From the NCBI RefSeq assembly GCF_006345805.1, contig NW_021832233.1, positions 1 through 62,198 of the forward strand: a DNA stretch of 62,198 nt. The letters are read 5' to 3'. The notes below the pieces were generated by a model that was not told the origin of the DNA, ran no database searches, and was given only the letters and a program-made list of their open reading frames with translations. Positions 30,389 to 43,564 of the stretch are shown piece by piece; the stretch's first letter is position 1, and each line of letters begins with the position of its first letter. Origin of the DNA: Octopus sinensis. Taxonomy: Eukaryota. Both the position numbers and the translations under genes were made by a program.

Positions 30389-31499
30389 TATATACTCGAA
30401 ATATTCGTAAAAACAACATATATATTCTTGAACTGGTTTAGAAGATTCCATGTCTACCAGGAAGGTAGTGAAAATATTTTTGGGTGTAATTCATTCAATA
30501 TTCCACTTCAGTTGAGATCGCTTGCAGTGAGTTATATTTTTTAAGTTTTTATTTTCAAATGTATTGAAGCGGTTTTAATTGTTGATTTTTATGTATTCAC
30601 CAGGCCTTGATTCTCTGACTCGTCTCTCCCATTAAGTCGCAGCATTTTATTTTATTTTCCAACTCCATGAATGACATGTTTATGTCATTTTTGTTAGAGA
30701 TTCGTCAATTTAATCGCTTGGAAGACTCTATCCATCGTCTCGTGACTGTTTTGTCTGTCACTGAATATGATATTTCGGTGGAGTGTAGCCTGAGGGACAT
30801 GTTTAACGATACAGCTTTCATTGTTAAAACACAAATAGCCTCCTTTTATATAATTGACTTGTATTGTCTTGTTTATTTCACAAGTCTCTTTTCTAATTAA
30901 TTTCCATTGAGTTTGCCACGAATTTCGATTGAATAAAATTTAAGTGCTTTTTTGTGAGATACGCTTCTGAAGACACTTAAGACGTAACATTGTTTGTTCT
31001 ATGTTGTTTTTGTTGCTGTGAATACCGATCGAACAGACATGCGATCCAAAGTATGCCAACCATAACCAGAGAGTTTATTCCTCACAATATAAGCTCGAAA
31101 CCCCCATCATTTAATTTCTGGTGACGCAACATCTCTCTGCGCGCAAGAAAGGAACTTATCCAAGTCCAGAAATTGATTTTTTTAAAAACAGCGGGAAGCG
31201 AGAACCGAGAATCGCATTCAATCAATTTGTCCCTGTTTTCTTAGGAAGGTGTTAGAGTGTGATGTGATCGAAATTTGGGTGATATTTCTAGTCGGTCAAA
31301 TTAGACGTCCACGAAAAGGAGGTACCCTCGTTAGCCCATATCTAATCATTTCAATAACCTGAAGTGGGTACTTGCGAATTGAGCTGGGATTCCATATTGT
31401 TTAAGAACTTACGATTTCAAGTAATGTTACTTCTCTTAGGGTAAACGAATATCTCTTCGTTTGAAGAAAATACATTCGCTGGCTGTAATGAGAAAAAAT

Positions 31500-31710
31500 T
31501 AATTAGCAAAATCGTTTCTATGCCGAGCAAAATTTCTAGCGGCATTTCTTCCATCATTACGTTCTGAGTTCGAAATTCCGTCAAGGCCGACATTGCCCGT
31601 CGTCCTTTCAGGGTTGATAAAATAAAAGCACCAGTAGAACACTAAGGTCGAGGAAATCGATTTACTCTGCCCTTGATATGGCCCACCTATCAAAATTTGA
31701 AACTAATATT
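31500..31710 (+). mobile_element. Old family-1 SINE
   Basis: ttacgttctgagttcgaaattcc..gggttgataaaataaaagcaccag. Confidence 0.75.
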
Positions 31711-32189
31711 TTGGTTCACTGTGATTCGAAACACTGTAGTGTCATTTCACACCGATATGTTGAAATTGCAATCTAGGTAAACTTTAAATATTTAAAAGTT
31801 ATTCGGACACTTTCTCGCAAAACCTGCCTGCAATGTTTCATAGTGACCAACGGATGTTATGATGTCTGTCACTGAGGAATCAATTCCTGTATTATTCATG
31901 TGTAACAAATTTGTGTGATGTGTAACAGCTAAGGAATTTGTAACATTTTTACAAATGTTCAGGTTAAATCGACCAGAAATTTCATTCAACCTCAATCTGT
32001 ATACCTGCTACATTAGTTATCACATAGTTATTTAGTTCTCTCAGTGCCACGATGCTCATATGGCCATAAACGATCTCTCCAACCTGTTATGTTTCCTTCC
32101 ACTGTTCTGATCTTGTCCCAGTTTCGACACCATTCTTTTGTCCATTCCTTGTCAATGGTCCTTCGCAACAGATAAAAACTCTAGCGAAG

Positions 32190-32370
32190 CCATGATCGTG
32201 GAAGGGATGGCAACCGGAAGCAGAATGGCGCCAATGTACAAAGCCTAAGAGGAAGCCCAGCGGCCGATGATGTCACTGGCAACGTCAGAAACCACAAATT
32301 GTGTAGGGTGCTGGAGCATAAGGACAATGCTTAATGGAGGCAAAGCAGCTCATGTTGACCGTGTGATGGA
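32190..32370 (+). mobile_element. RTE-type LINE fragment, start of the AP endonuclease domain
   Basis: VGCWSIRTMLNGGKAAHVDRVMERYRI matches the GxWNVRTM..GK..QV..EM.RY.I motif. Confidence 0.65.
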
Positions 32371-33361
32371 GAGATATCGCATAAGATTTTAAATATTCAA
32401 ATTATTAAAAAGAAAAGCATAAGAAAAATCAATTATCAGGGCACCATTTAATTAGCTAAAGCTGTAGATAATCTAATTAATCAAAAGCACCCCAAATTTT
32501 ACACACCGTTAAGAAAAAGACACTTTGTTATGTTGAGACATGAAAACAATTTATGGACGTGTTTCTACCTCTAGAAGAAATAATTCTAATATATACAGAA
32601 CTTATCTTGTATGGTAAGTAATATAAACCTTATATGAATTTTTTGTTACAATCCATCTGACTAGGCACAGTTCTTTATTTCTTTATGTTCATTTCTTTTT
32701 AATTCTGCAATTTAAAAGTGTTCTAATCATTTTGTATCTGGTTAAGTTTTAGATCTGTGAGAGGTAAGTTTCAACAGCCCCTCATGTCTCCAGACGTCCA
32801 CATTGTCTTTCTTTTAAGAGCGTGTTAATTTTAAAGAATTCTTCTTGCTTCTTGTTCTATTGTCCTACCTTCTCTGAAAGCGGATACGACATCAATAAAT
32901 GGTAATATTCTATATAAACCAATAAATCACGAATTTATCTTGCACCCGTCGTTAACATGCAAATTACACAGGTATCCAATAGAATATGCGCTAGATTTTA
33001 AAAACATTGTACTTGGACGCTCCGATGGACGAAAAAAATCCTTCACGGCAGTGATCCCGCATGACCACGGGCCATTAACCGAAACAAATACAAATAAATG
33101 ATGAACGGTCCTCACAACTGCCGTTTGACTGCGCATCCTGACATAAACCAAGAGTATTTCTGCTCCTGCGCGCTCAGATGGTATGCCATCACATATGCTA
33201 GTTAGAGCATAGCTAGGACCGTGACAGGTACTCCTACTTTGGGTCAGAGTAGACCTTGGAAGAAAAGGAATTAAGAGACGGATCCACATTTCTGGAAATG
33301 TTGGAACTCCTGAACCGAAGAGCCATGAGCCCTCTACAGAATACACTGCCTAAATACTAAT

Positions 33362-33960
33362 ATTGAGAAATTAGGTTTCTCAAAACCAGAAAAGAGAAAG
33401 CTGATTCGAAGACTACAGATCCAAGCCATAACTGGAACTGTAAAAATCTCTAAAACGTTCCAGAAGTTTATCGTTTAAATATAAATTAGCATTTCTAGAT
33501 ATGCAAGTTTATGCATGAGAATGCATACATAAAACATACAAATCTGCACATACATACATACATACATACATACATACATACATACATACATACATGCATA
33601 CGTCTGTACGTACGTACGTACATCCTGCATTTATGGGGGCACTGGGAGATGTAGCACATTGCCAAAAAGACAATTCTTTGAAATTAGGATTCTCAAAACC
33701 AGAAAAGAGAAAGCTAATTCGAAGATTGTAGATCCAATCCAGCACTGGAACTGTAAAAATCTCAAAAACCTTCCAGAAGTTTATTATTTAAATATATATG
33801 AGCATGTCTGGATATGCAACTACATGCATGAGAATACATACATAAAACAAAACATAGGAATCTGCTCATATACATACATGCATACATACATACATACATA
33901 CATACATACATACATACATACATACATACATACATACATACATACATACATACATACAAA
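33362..33960 (+). mobile_element. Two tandem 3' ends of an RLE-type non-LTR retrotransposon, each with a (CATA)n tail
   Basis: Copy 1 IEKLGFSKPEKRKLIRRLQIQAITGTVKISKTFQKFIV*; copy 2 PAFMGALGD..KLGFSKPEKRKLIRRL*IQSSTGTVKISKTFQKFII*; shared 3' UTR. Confidence 0.75.
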
Positions 33961-33967
33961 CACAAAT

Positions 33968-34075
33968 ACTCTGTTGTTGATGCTGAAATTCCAATGAAGG
34001 AGCCTTGGATCCAGGTTAGAAACCGGTTCTTTCTCTATTGGCAAGAAATCTTGAAATAGAACTGAACAATGACAT
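33968..34075. repeat. Short (~110 bp) unclassified element embedded in (CATA)n
   Basis: Complex sequence ctctgttgttgatgctgaaattccaatgaaggagcc..gcaagaaatcttgaaatagaactgaacaatga with CATA runs on both sides. Confidence 0.45.
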
Positions 34076-34770
34076 ACATACTTACATACATACATACATA
34101 CATTCATACATACATACATGCATGCAAAGAATGCTGGTGTCTGCCTCGGTCAAGGTAGTCCTTTGCTAAGCAACGGAAGGTCATCTCCAATGCTCAGGTA
34201 TGGTCAAACTTTCATATTTAATGGCAGACTAAGTGTAATTGGCCGTGCAGTAAGTCGCTCATTGCGTCACCATTGATTTTGTCCATGGGAAAGTTAATGG
34301 TCGGTATAACTTGGCACCAATGTTGACTCAGACAAACTCTGAATGTAACGAGCCGGAACAAATATAGCAAGGCATTTTGTTTTGTGCGACGCTCTCTCTC
34401 GACTCTGTTATTCCAGCAAATCGCATTCCACCTCGACATTTATTTATATAGGTGTGTATATATATATATGTGTGTGTGTGTGTATGTGCTCATGCGTGTG
34501 TGAATATACATATTAATGCATAAACACACATACACACAAATACGCATAAATCTACACATACAGGTGGGTGTATACGTATACTATGTATAGATATATATTA
34601 TATATATGTACATATATATATATTATATATATATATATATATTATATATATATATACATATATATACAATTATATGTAAATATATATATACATGCGTATA
34701 TATACAGAATGTGTATATATGTATATTCATATATATATATAATATATATATACATATACATACATACATA

Positions 34771-34919
<149 letters not shown>

Positions 34920-35642
34920 GACACAAGCCTCTATTGACGAATACGCGTAACTACACACAATTTGACACCAACAAGCGGCCCCACTGTAGTTTCTCTATCA
35001 TTACCTTTAAATTGCCAGACTGGAAAATGTTTCTCTCTCACCCTTTCTCTCTCTCCCTCTCCCTCTCTCCCTTTCCCTTACTTTCTTCTCTCTCTCTCTC
35101 TCTCTCCCAATTTCCCTCCCTATACATGTATGTCTATTTTTTAAACTTTCTGTCCTCTGCGAATGCGACGAGTTGCTACAGAGGGGGGAAACAAACTCAG
35201 ACAGGTTTTTTTTTTCACTTTTCCTTTTATTTTTATATTTTATTTTATATATTTCGAACAATTTCCTTACAAAGTCGTATCAAAGCCTATCAAAGGAAGA
35301 TTTTTTAGACTGGCTGTTTCCTTTGTTCCGCCGAAACTTCCATAGAAGATTCGATGGCCGTTATGCAATTAAGTTTAGAGTGAAGCAATTTACATCAAGC
35401 TTTGGAAACGTGTTCATCTAAGTAATGACGGCCAGCTATAAATCTTTTTGGACTCATGATCGATTTTTAACGCTAGGATACGTGTGGGGAATTGCTTTTT
35501 TGATCTATTGAATGGTTTGCTTGTTGTAGGTGTCTGGCGTGTGAGAGTATGTGTGCGTGATGGCAATGTGTAAGTATGGGGGCGGAATGTGTCGCGGTGT
35601 GGGAGGGAATGAATTTCGTTTGTGTGTGGGTGTTCGCCTTCT

Positions 35643-35688
<46 letters not shown>

Positions 35689-35712
35689 TATATATATATA
35701 CATATATATATG

Positions 35713-35753
<41 letters not shown>

Positions 35754-35947
35754 GCATACGTGCGTTTGTGTGTGTGTGTGCAGGCGTCTATGTGTGTTTT
35801 GTGTGTATCTGTATATATGTGTGCAAGAATGTATGCATTTATATATATATTATATATATGTATGTATGTATCTATGTATGTATATATGTATATATACATA
35901 TATATATTTATAAATAAGCATACACGCACACGCACATACACACACAC

Positions 35948-36017
<70 letters not shown>

Positions 36018-36612
36018 TATACACGGGAGAGTCTCTCTTTGTGAGTGAGGGTATATGTGTATACGCTCAGCTTTGTGGATTTGTGTTTATTTCAATGTAT
36101 GTGTACCTGTAATTCTGTGAGTCCTTCTCGTTGATGTGGTTTTGTGTCTCTTCTGTTTTATGTGCCGTGTGTTAGATATCTCCGTATGTGTTAAAATTGT
36201 GGAAAGCCTACATAACTGTATAAGTGATGTTACGTGTGTATCTGTATGTGTGTGTGTATGTGTGTATGTTTTTGCGGATGTGTTAGTATATATGTGTGGT
36301 AGTATGTGTATGCAGTTTCCTTTGTTTAACTAAAAGTGCATGATTCAATTATATAAATCTCTTCAAATATACTAAATAATGGAAGCATCTAGAAAGTAAA
36401 AAGTAATGAGGAAGAGAAGGAAAAAGAAAATTAATTGCTTAATTACACAAGTAATTAAATAGATCATCTATATATTTGTTTACCTAGCTATATATTCATT
36501 CTAATATTATATTATTACCATTATTATTATTATTATTATTATTACCATCATCATCATTATTATTATTATTATCATTATTATTATTATTATTATCATTATT
36601 ATTATTATCATG

Positions 36613-36661
<49 letters not shown>

Positions 36662-36717
36662 TATTATTATTATTCATTATTATTTTTGTTCTTGTTGCCG
36701 TTGTTATTATTGTTATT

Positions 36718-36935
36718 AAGGCTGTGAGCTGGCAGAATCGTTAGCACGCCGGGGAAAAATTCTTAGCAGCATTTCTTCCGTCTCCACGTTCTAAGTTCAA
36801 ATGCTGCCGAGGTCGATTTTGCATTTCAATCCTTTTAGGGTCGTTAAAATAAGTACCAGTTGAACATTGGGATCGATGTAATCGATTTATCTCCTCCTCC
36901 CAAATTGCGAACCTTGTGACAAAATTTGAAACCAA
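36718..36935 (+). mobile_element. Family-1 SINE
   Basis: aaggctgtgagctggcagaatcgttagcacgccggg head plus core. Confidence 0.88.
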
Positions 36936-36957
36936 TATGATATTATTATCATCATCA

Positions 36958-37030
<73 letters not shown>

Positions 37031-37031
<1 letters not shown>

Positions 37032-37510
37032 GAGTGAGAGAGCAGTGCATCCCTTCAAAGTGACACTGGGGTAAAATATACGAAGACCAGTATACCAACC
37101 ATGACTACCCGTCTGATAAGTGTACACCAGGTATATGCATCACAACCACATGTGCGTGATATGGTGATCTCATATCAAGATAAACAGCGCATGACCTTGC
37201 AGGTGGGGTCCAGTCAGAATTTTCTTCTGGTCGAGTAACCCATCCCGCTCAAAAGGTCCCCGAATAAGGGTTGTTTAAGGATGTTGAACGAAACATCCAT
37301 GTTTCCAGAGGTGAATATACAAACCCCAAATAATCCCTCTCGACACATGGCTATGATGCTTCCCCACTCCTTCTGCTCGTGGTCAGAGATGCACATATCG
37401 TCAGTCACTAAGGGACATGCTCTACTGGTTAAGGTCAAACAACTGACAAGCAAATCTGTGGTGTTGAGAAGAATATTTGCTGTAGCCCTTCGTTTATACC
37501 AAGACATAAC
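37031..37510 (-). mobile_element. Unclassified interspersed repeat ending in an (AAT)n tail, probably a retroposon 3' region
   Basis: The terminus gagagagcagtgcat.cc.tcaaagtgac abuts an (ATT)n tract here and again at ~4765-4805. Confidence 0.55.
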
Positions 37511-37552
37511 AATGAATATGAAAATTCACACACATACATTTATTTTTGCACG

Positions 37553-38988
37553 TTACTGTCATTAGACTGCGGCCATGATGGGGCAACGCTTTAAAGAGTT
37601 TTAGACGAACGGATCGACCCCGCCCCCAGTGCTTATTTTTTAAAGCCTGGTACTTGTTATACGAGGGACGTTCAATAAGTAATGTATCTGACCCACTTGC
37701 CGTTGTTTGATCTAGCTGGAATTTTGCATGTGCAATAATTTATATCTCTATAGAGTAAGTGGCAAATTACAGCTCTGAATTAATTGTGCTTTCTGATTTA
37801 CAGGTGTTTGAACCGAGTCACGTGTGAAATGGAGCCTGCTGAGTGTCGAGCAGTGATCCGGTTTTTGTATTTGAAAGGACGCACACCACGGGATACTTTT
37901 GATGAAATGAAAGTAACTTATGGTGATGATGCCCCAACATATGACCTTGTAAAACGCTGGCATCGTGAATTCAAACATGGTCGGAACTCTGTGGAAACAG
38001 CTCCCAGATCTGGTCGCCCCCTTCTGCCATTGATGAGGCATCTGTCCGTCAAGTTGAGGCTGCCATTTTGGAAGATCGACGCATAATTATTCGCCAAATA
38101 GCCCATCAGGTCAAGATTAGTACTGGGACTGTGGAAACTATCATTCATGACCATTTACATATGCAAAAGGTGTCTGCCAGATGGATTCCCAGGCTGCTCA
38201 CGCCTTTCCAGAAGCAAGAACGCGTCGAGTGCTCGAGGGTGAATTTGGAGATGTGCCAAGAAGATGAGTCAAAATTTTTCAAAAGACTGATTACAAGGGA
38301 TGAAACCTGGGTCCATCATGATGATCAAGAGACCAAAGCCCAGTCAATGCAGTGGAAGCACCGTGACTCACCCCCTCCAAAGAAGGCAAGGGTGCAGCCC
38401 TCCGCTGGCAAGGTCATGCTCACAGTCTTCTGGGACCAGGACGGAGTAGTGATGACAGATTTCCTGGCAAAGGTTACCACAATTGCAGGAGCCTATTATG
38501 CTTCACTTTTGAGGAAATTAAGAGAAGTTATTGTCGCCAGATCAGAAGAACAGGCGTATGGCTATGAACTCCTCCCCATCCCCAATACTTTCCTGACCTT
38601 GCACCCTCTGATTTTCACCTCTTCCCAATCATGAAGTTGTTTTTGAAAGGAAAGCGTTTCCCAGATGATGCAGCCTTGATTTCTGAAGTCACGTTCAGGT
38701 TGGAGGACCAAGCTGGGTTCTTCTACAAAAACGGTCTCCAGAGCCGCATCAAACGATGGGCGAAATGCGTAACTCTGGGTGGTTCCTGTGTAGAAAAAGA
38801 CTAATAACTGTGCCAAGTTTCGTTGCTCTACTGCTATGGGAAGTGGGTCAGGGGCATTACTTATTGAACGCCCCTCGTATAAGTCTGTTTGATGGGGATG
38901 CAAACAAACCAACACCGGTTGTCAAATGATGGTGGGAGACAAACAGACACAAAGACACACACACATACTTACTAATATGTAAACACAC

Positions 38989-39030
<42 letters not shown>

Positions 39031-39300
39031 ATGTATATATATGTGTATATATATATATATTTATATCATTTATATATATATATATATATATACATGTATA
39101 TATATATATATAATATATATATATATATAATTTATATATATATATGTATGTATGTATGTATGTATGCACATGCGACGGGCTTCTTTCAGTTTCCCTCTAT
39201 AAATTCTGGTCTACCCAGGCTATAGAAGAAGTCATTATCCATGCTGTGGGACTGAACCCCGATCCATTTTGTTGGGAAGCCAAATTCTTACCACTCATCG
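37553..39300 (-). mobile_element. Family-2 SINE split by the mariner insertion (pieces 37553-37659 and 38880-39300)
   Basis: Head near 39290, internal (TA)n, ttgacaaccggtgttgg; the tail resumes left of 37660. Confidence 0.8.
37662..38877 (+). mobile_element. Near full-length mariner transposon with an inactivated transposase
   Basis: TA on both sides; TIRs CGAGGGACGTTCAATAAGTAATG / CATTACTTATTGAACGCCCCTCG; ATG at 37829 MEPAECRAVIRFL..RSGRP, WIPRLL, TRDETW, HPQYFPDLAPSDF; frameshifts, and a deletion removing the HDNA catalytic Asp. Confidence 0.95.
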
Positions 39301-40194
39301 TACACACATGTACGCCGCAAACACACACACACACAAATGTAAATGAATAACTAAATTATTACTTTGAGTTTCTGGTTGACGATCTTCCGACCATAATCAC
39401 TCGGAGATCTGCAACTACCAACACACATTAACGATTCGTGAAAATTAAGCTTGCTATATATCAGAAATCTCTGAATTTGTTGCGTCGTGTTCACTTTTCT
39501 TTTATCTTTCATATTCATACAAGTGTGTAAATAAAAGACAATAATTGTAAATACAGCTTGTTGTCTCCTGAGTATTATACAACGTTTGCGTATATTTTCT
39601 GATTAATTGTAATCTAAACACTTATGTGTTACTTTTCTTGTGATGATTCGAGTATATCATATGTATCGTCTATTTTGTCTTTGTTAATTAATCGGAAAGC
39701 GAAGAAGTATGTCTCTAGTATTTGTAGTTCCACCAAAATTGATGTAATTAATGTGGCTGATCTTCCGTTTCTGTCTCTGTTGAACGACAAATAACTGGAA
39801 CAAGAAAAAGGAGAAAATGGCAGACATTAATATCTGTGAAGAAGGATTATTAGATTTTTTAAATTATTAAAGAATTAAAGACTCTTATGGTGGCGGGGTG
39901 GGGTCCAGTAAAGATTATGAGAATATGAGAAATAAGTGAATATGCAGTTTGAGATTTCAAACAATTACAGGGCATTTTATTGGCGGGAAAAAGACGTGAA
40001 GAGCAGAAATAGGAAAGGAGCCAAAGAGATGGTCAGCAGAATCAGTGATTCTCCGCATCTCAACACCAGCAACGCTAATAATAATTAAAATAAAATATAC
40101 AGTAAAACAATAATAATATTTTCTTTTGATAGTCACAGGAGCATAACAGAGTGGAACATTGCAAGGACAAAAGCTAAAGCTACAACAAGTTAGA

Positions 40195-40784
40195 TTGGCA
40201 GAAAAGTTAGCACGCTGAACGAAATGCTTAACAGTATTTCGGCTGCCGTTACGTTCTGACTTCAAATTCCGCCGAGGTCGACTTTGGCTTTCATTTTTTC
40301 CTGGTCGATAAAATAAGTACCAGTTACGCACTGGAGCCGATATAATCGAATTAATCCGTTTGTCTGTCCTTGTTTGTCTCCTCTATGTTTAGCCTCTTGT
40401 GGGTAGTGAAGAAATAGGTATTTCGTCTGTCGTTATGTTCTGAATTCAAATTCCGCCGTGGTCGACTTTGCCTTTCATCCTTTCGGGGTCGATTAAATAA
40501 ATACCAGTTACGCACTGGGGTCGATATAATAGACTTAATCCGTTTGTCTGTCTTTGTTTGTCCTCTCTGTGTTTAGCTCCTTGTGGGTAGTAAAGAAATA
40601 GGTATTTCGTCCGCCGTTACGTTCTGAGTTCAAATTCCGCCGAGGTCCACTTTGCCTTTCATTTTTTCGGGGTCAATTAAATAAGTACCAGTTACGCACT
40701 GGGGTCGATGTAATCGACTTAATCCGTTTGTCTGTCCTTGTTTGTCCTCTCTGTGTTTAGCCCCTTGTGGGTAGTAAAGAAATA
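40195..40784 (+). mobile_element. Head-to-tail trimer of family-1 long-tail SINE
   Basis: Units 40195-40416, 40417-40600 and 40601-40784; units 2 and 3 lack the A box and start at ggtatttcgtc. Confidence 0.92.
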
Positions 40785-41129
40785 AGATTAGTGTTATTAT
40801 ATATATTTTCCTGATATTGTTTTACTTTCAATATGTATAGATATAATGTTTTAAGTTTATATATCTTCTGACGGATTTTTGCAGGTGTGGAGAGCAGATA
40901 ACACATATAATTTAGGCGAGGTCGACTTATCATTCCTCTTTCCGGAGATGATAAAATGAAACATACTTGTAAAGTATTACAGTCAAATATACGATTTATC
41001 GACCACAACAATATCCTTGACTCTCCTTCGAATCACAATGGCTCCCATGTCTGTATTAGAGATCAATAGTAGCTTAAACTGAAAATTGTGGATTAACGAG
41101 AAGCAGAATATGCGTGGTGGTTGAGGGAT

Positions 41130-41260
41130 TGAACTCACAGACATAATGGCATGAGTTATATTCTTTGAATGTAATGGATGGTGCATTCTGTCCTTGACCA
41201 AGATACTTTATTTCATGTTGCTTCAGCCGATACTGCTGAAATGAATTCCAGCCGAATGCT
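41130..41260 (+). mobile_element. Degraded SINE family 4
   Basis: cattctgtccttgaccaagatactttatttcatgttgcttcag motif. Confidence 0.5.
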
Positions 41261-43084
41261 TGTCCAGCCCTCTCTTCGGCTGTCACATTCTTAATATTCA
41301 AACAGATCAAATGTTGGAGGGCCAAGGGGATATCTACATCTGTTTAAATCTACACGAACTTCTAAAACATTTAAAACACTATCTAGTATATATTTATAAC
41401 ATCTTATATTGAGAATTTAAATCTCAGCTGAACACCATCTTCCTTTCTTTTCTTCAGTAACTGACGAACATATTTTAACTGATACACGACATCAATTATC
41501 TCTTCTGGACTGCTATTAACGACTCTACTTCTTCAACTGTAAAGATGAGACAGTCTTTTTATTTAAGCCATAATCGAAACAAAAGTAGATATTATAATAT
41601 AACGTGTGGATCTTTCTGCTCACACTTTCCGGTTTCAAATCCCGACCTTGTCATTTCTTCTATTTATAGTCAATATCATTTAATGCATAAATATATAAGA
41701 GTTAACGAAATTCAATATTTTCAGGGTTTTTTTTAATAAATATTTAGCCTTGCGACAAGGGGAGAAAACTTTACGCAAGTTACAAATCTTGAACAAAGAT
41801 GGTTATTACAATGATTTCAATATTATTAAAAGCCATTATTATAAAGATTACAAGTTTTGGGCCCACATCCAAAATAACTGAACAGAGGTATACAATATTC
41901 TATCAGTGCCACTATTTGTTTCATCTTGTATTGATTGTCAGACGATTGAGACACAAAATCAATCTGGTGATTTTATAATGAGAACTTAAAATGATATTTA
42001 TAACTACGACAAATTGTTTTGCTTGCTTTTTCTTTATCCGAATCATTTATGAAACGATTGGTTTTGGTCAAACGCCATATCTTGGCTCATCGGCAGCCAT
42101 TTCTCAAATAATATTCAACATGATATTGTTGACCATGTTGATCTAGAGTGGCACAAATCCTCCGCTGAGTGACATATGTCTCGGGAGAAAGAAAGGAAAA
42201 AGTTTTGAAGAAAAAAACGAAAATTAAGGAAAGAAAAAAATAACAGATAGAGTGACAAAACTGTGTGTACAAACGTTTAAATGGTATTGCATGAGGAGTA
42301 GGACCCATGTAGCCATTTCATCTTTCATTCTTATATAACTTTCATACTCATTCGCGTTATGTTTATTGTCCCCACTGTGGTGTTGTGTCTGTCCTTATAG
42401 TGTCCCCTCTGTGTTAAGTGACCTGAGTGCCAAAATAAAGAAAGTGAGCGACAGATGTCTAAGACGCTTATATCACCTGGAGCTAAATCTACGAAATACT
42501 GTCACAGAATATTGTGAGATATATCTAGCGACCACACCGGATTTTCAATCGCTTGACAAGTGTTATCTCATTGACCTTCGCACTACTTAAAAAATAATTT
42601 GTAACTCAAGTACGTAACCCTAGATACTTCATAGTTATACATACAACTATAATCACTCTCATTCCTGGATTTCAAATCGATGAGTTGTTAGCTCATGATT
42701 ACATTCACATTCCATCTGTCAAGAGCGAAATACAAACTAACAAGGAACACAACGATGTGTACGGCGTTGGAATTTTAATTATATTTTGCAATTAATAAAG
42801 CTTTCGTAATTAATCTTTAGGATTTTTGTGCAATCCTCTATACTGTGATAGAGTTATCAAATAATGTTGCGTTTCCTGTTTCGAGTTCAGATTTGCTACA
42901 TTAACAACTTGTAAATACATAAACCCACGTAAAGAGAGAGTATTATACCCGTATTACACCCGTATATATATTATATATATATATATATATCAACTATTCT
43001 TCACTCCTTCCACCCCTCTCTCTCTCCTTCTCTCTCTCTATGCATATACATATATGTGAGCATGTGTGTGTATGCATGTGTGTG

Positions 43085-43250
43085 TGTTAGTGAAACACCT
43101 GGTTCAGTAGGTAGGGCTAAGGCGCTCACGGTCGTGTGATGGTGGTTTCGATACCCAGACGGGCTGCGCGTTGTGTTCTTGAACGAAACACTTCATTTCA
43201 CGTTGGTCTAGTCCATCCAGCCGTAAATCGGTTACCCTGCGACAGAATAT
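43085..43250 (+). mobile_element. SINE family 4, 5' part
   Basis: ggttcagtaggtagggct..gtttcgatacccagacgggctgcgcgttgtgttcttgaacgaaacacttcatttcacgttg. Confidence 0.75.
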
Positions 43251-43564
43251 CCTTCCTATCATGATGGCGTCATTCAAAAGCTAAAACCATTCGAAGCGCA
43301 TTGTAACCAGTAGCGTATAACAACATCCGACAGTCTGGTCGATAGCATCACATACACACACGCACACACACATTTATATAATTGCCTGTTTATAATTAAT
43401 TGAATAATATATTTCAGAATGTAACAAACGCATACATCCTCTGGGAATAACCTAACGTCATCTTCATTATTATTAACACTTGCTGGCCCCGGGCCGTCAA
43501 AAATGACGGCTAATTGTAGGATTCTACATATAAATATAGATGGCAAATCAAATTAATACACTTA

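Noticed and set aside
30960-31000. Hammerhead-like CTGANGA cores (also ~20100, 20528, 49206, 56150)
   Set aside because: No stem II followed by GAAA could be built in any case.
32927-33346. 139-aa minus-strand ORF
   Set aside because: No recognisable motif, no splice context, and it partly overlaps repeat-like sequence.
40195-40784. Regularly spaced repeats suggestive of CRISPR (also 52326-52970)
   Set aside because: Units are 184-220-bp SINEs with no unique spacers and no cas genes; eukaryotic context.
42366-42590. 74-aa ORF with a possible acceptor
   Set aside because: No partner exon or homology cue.
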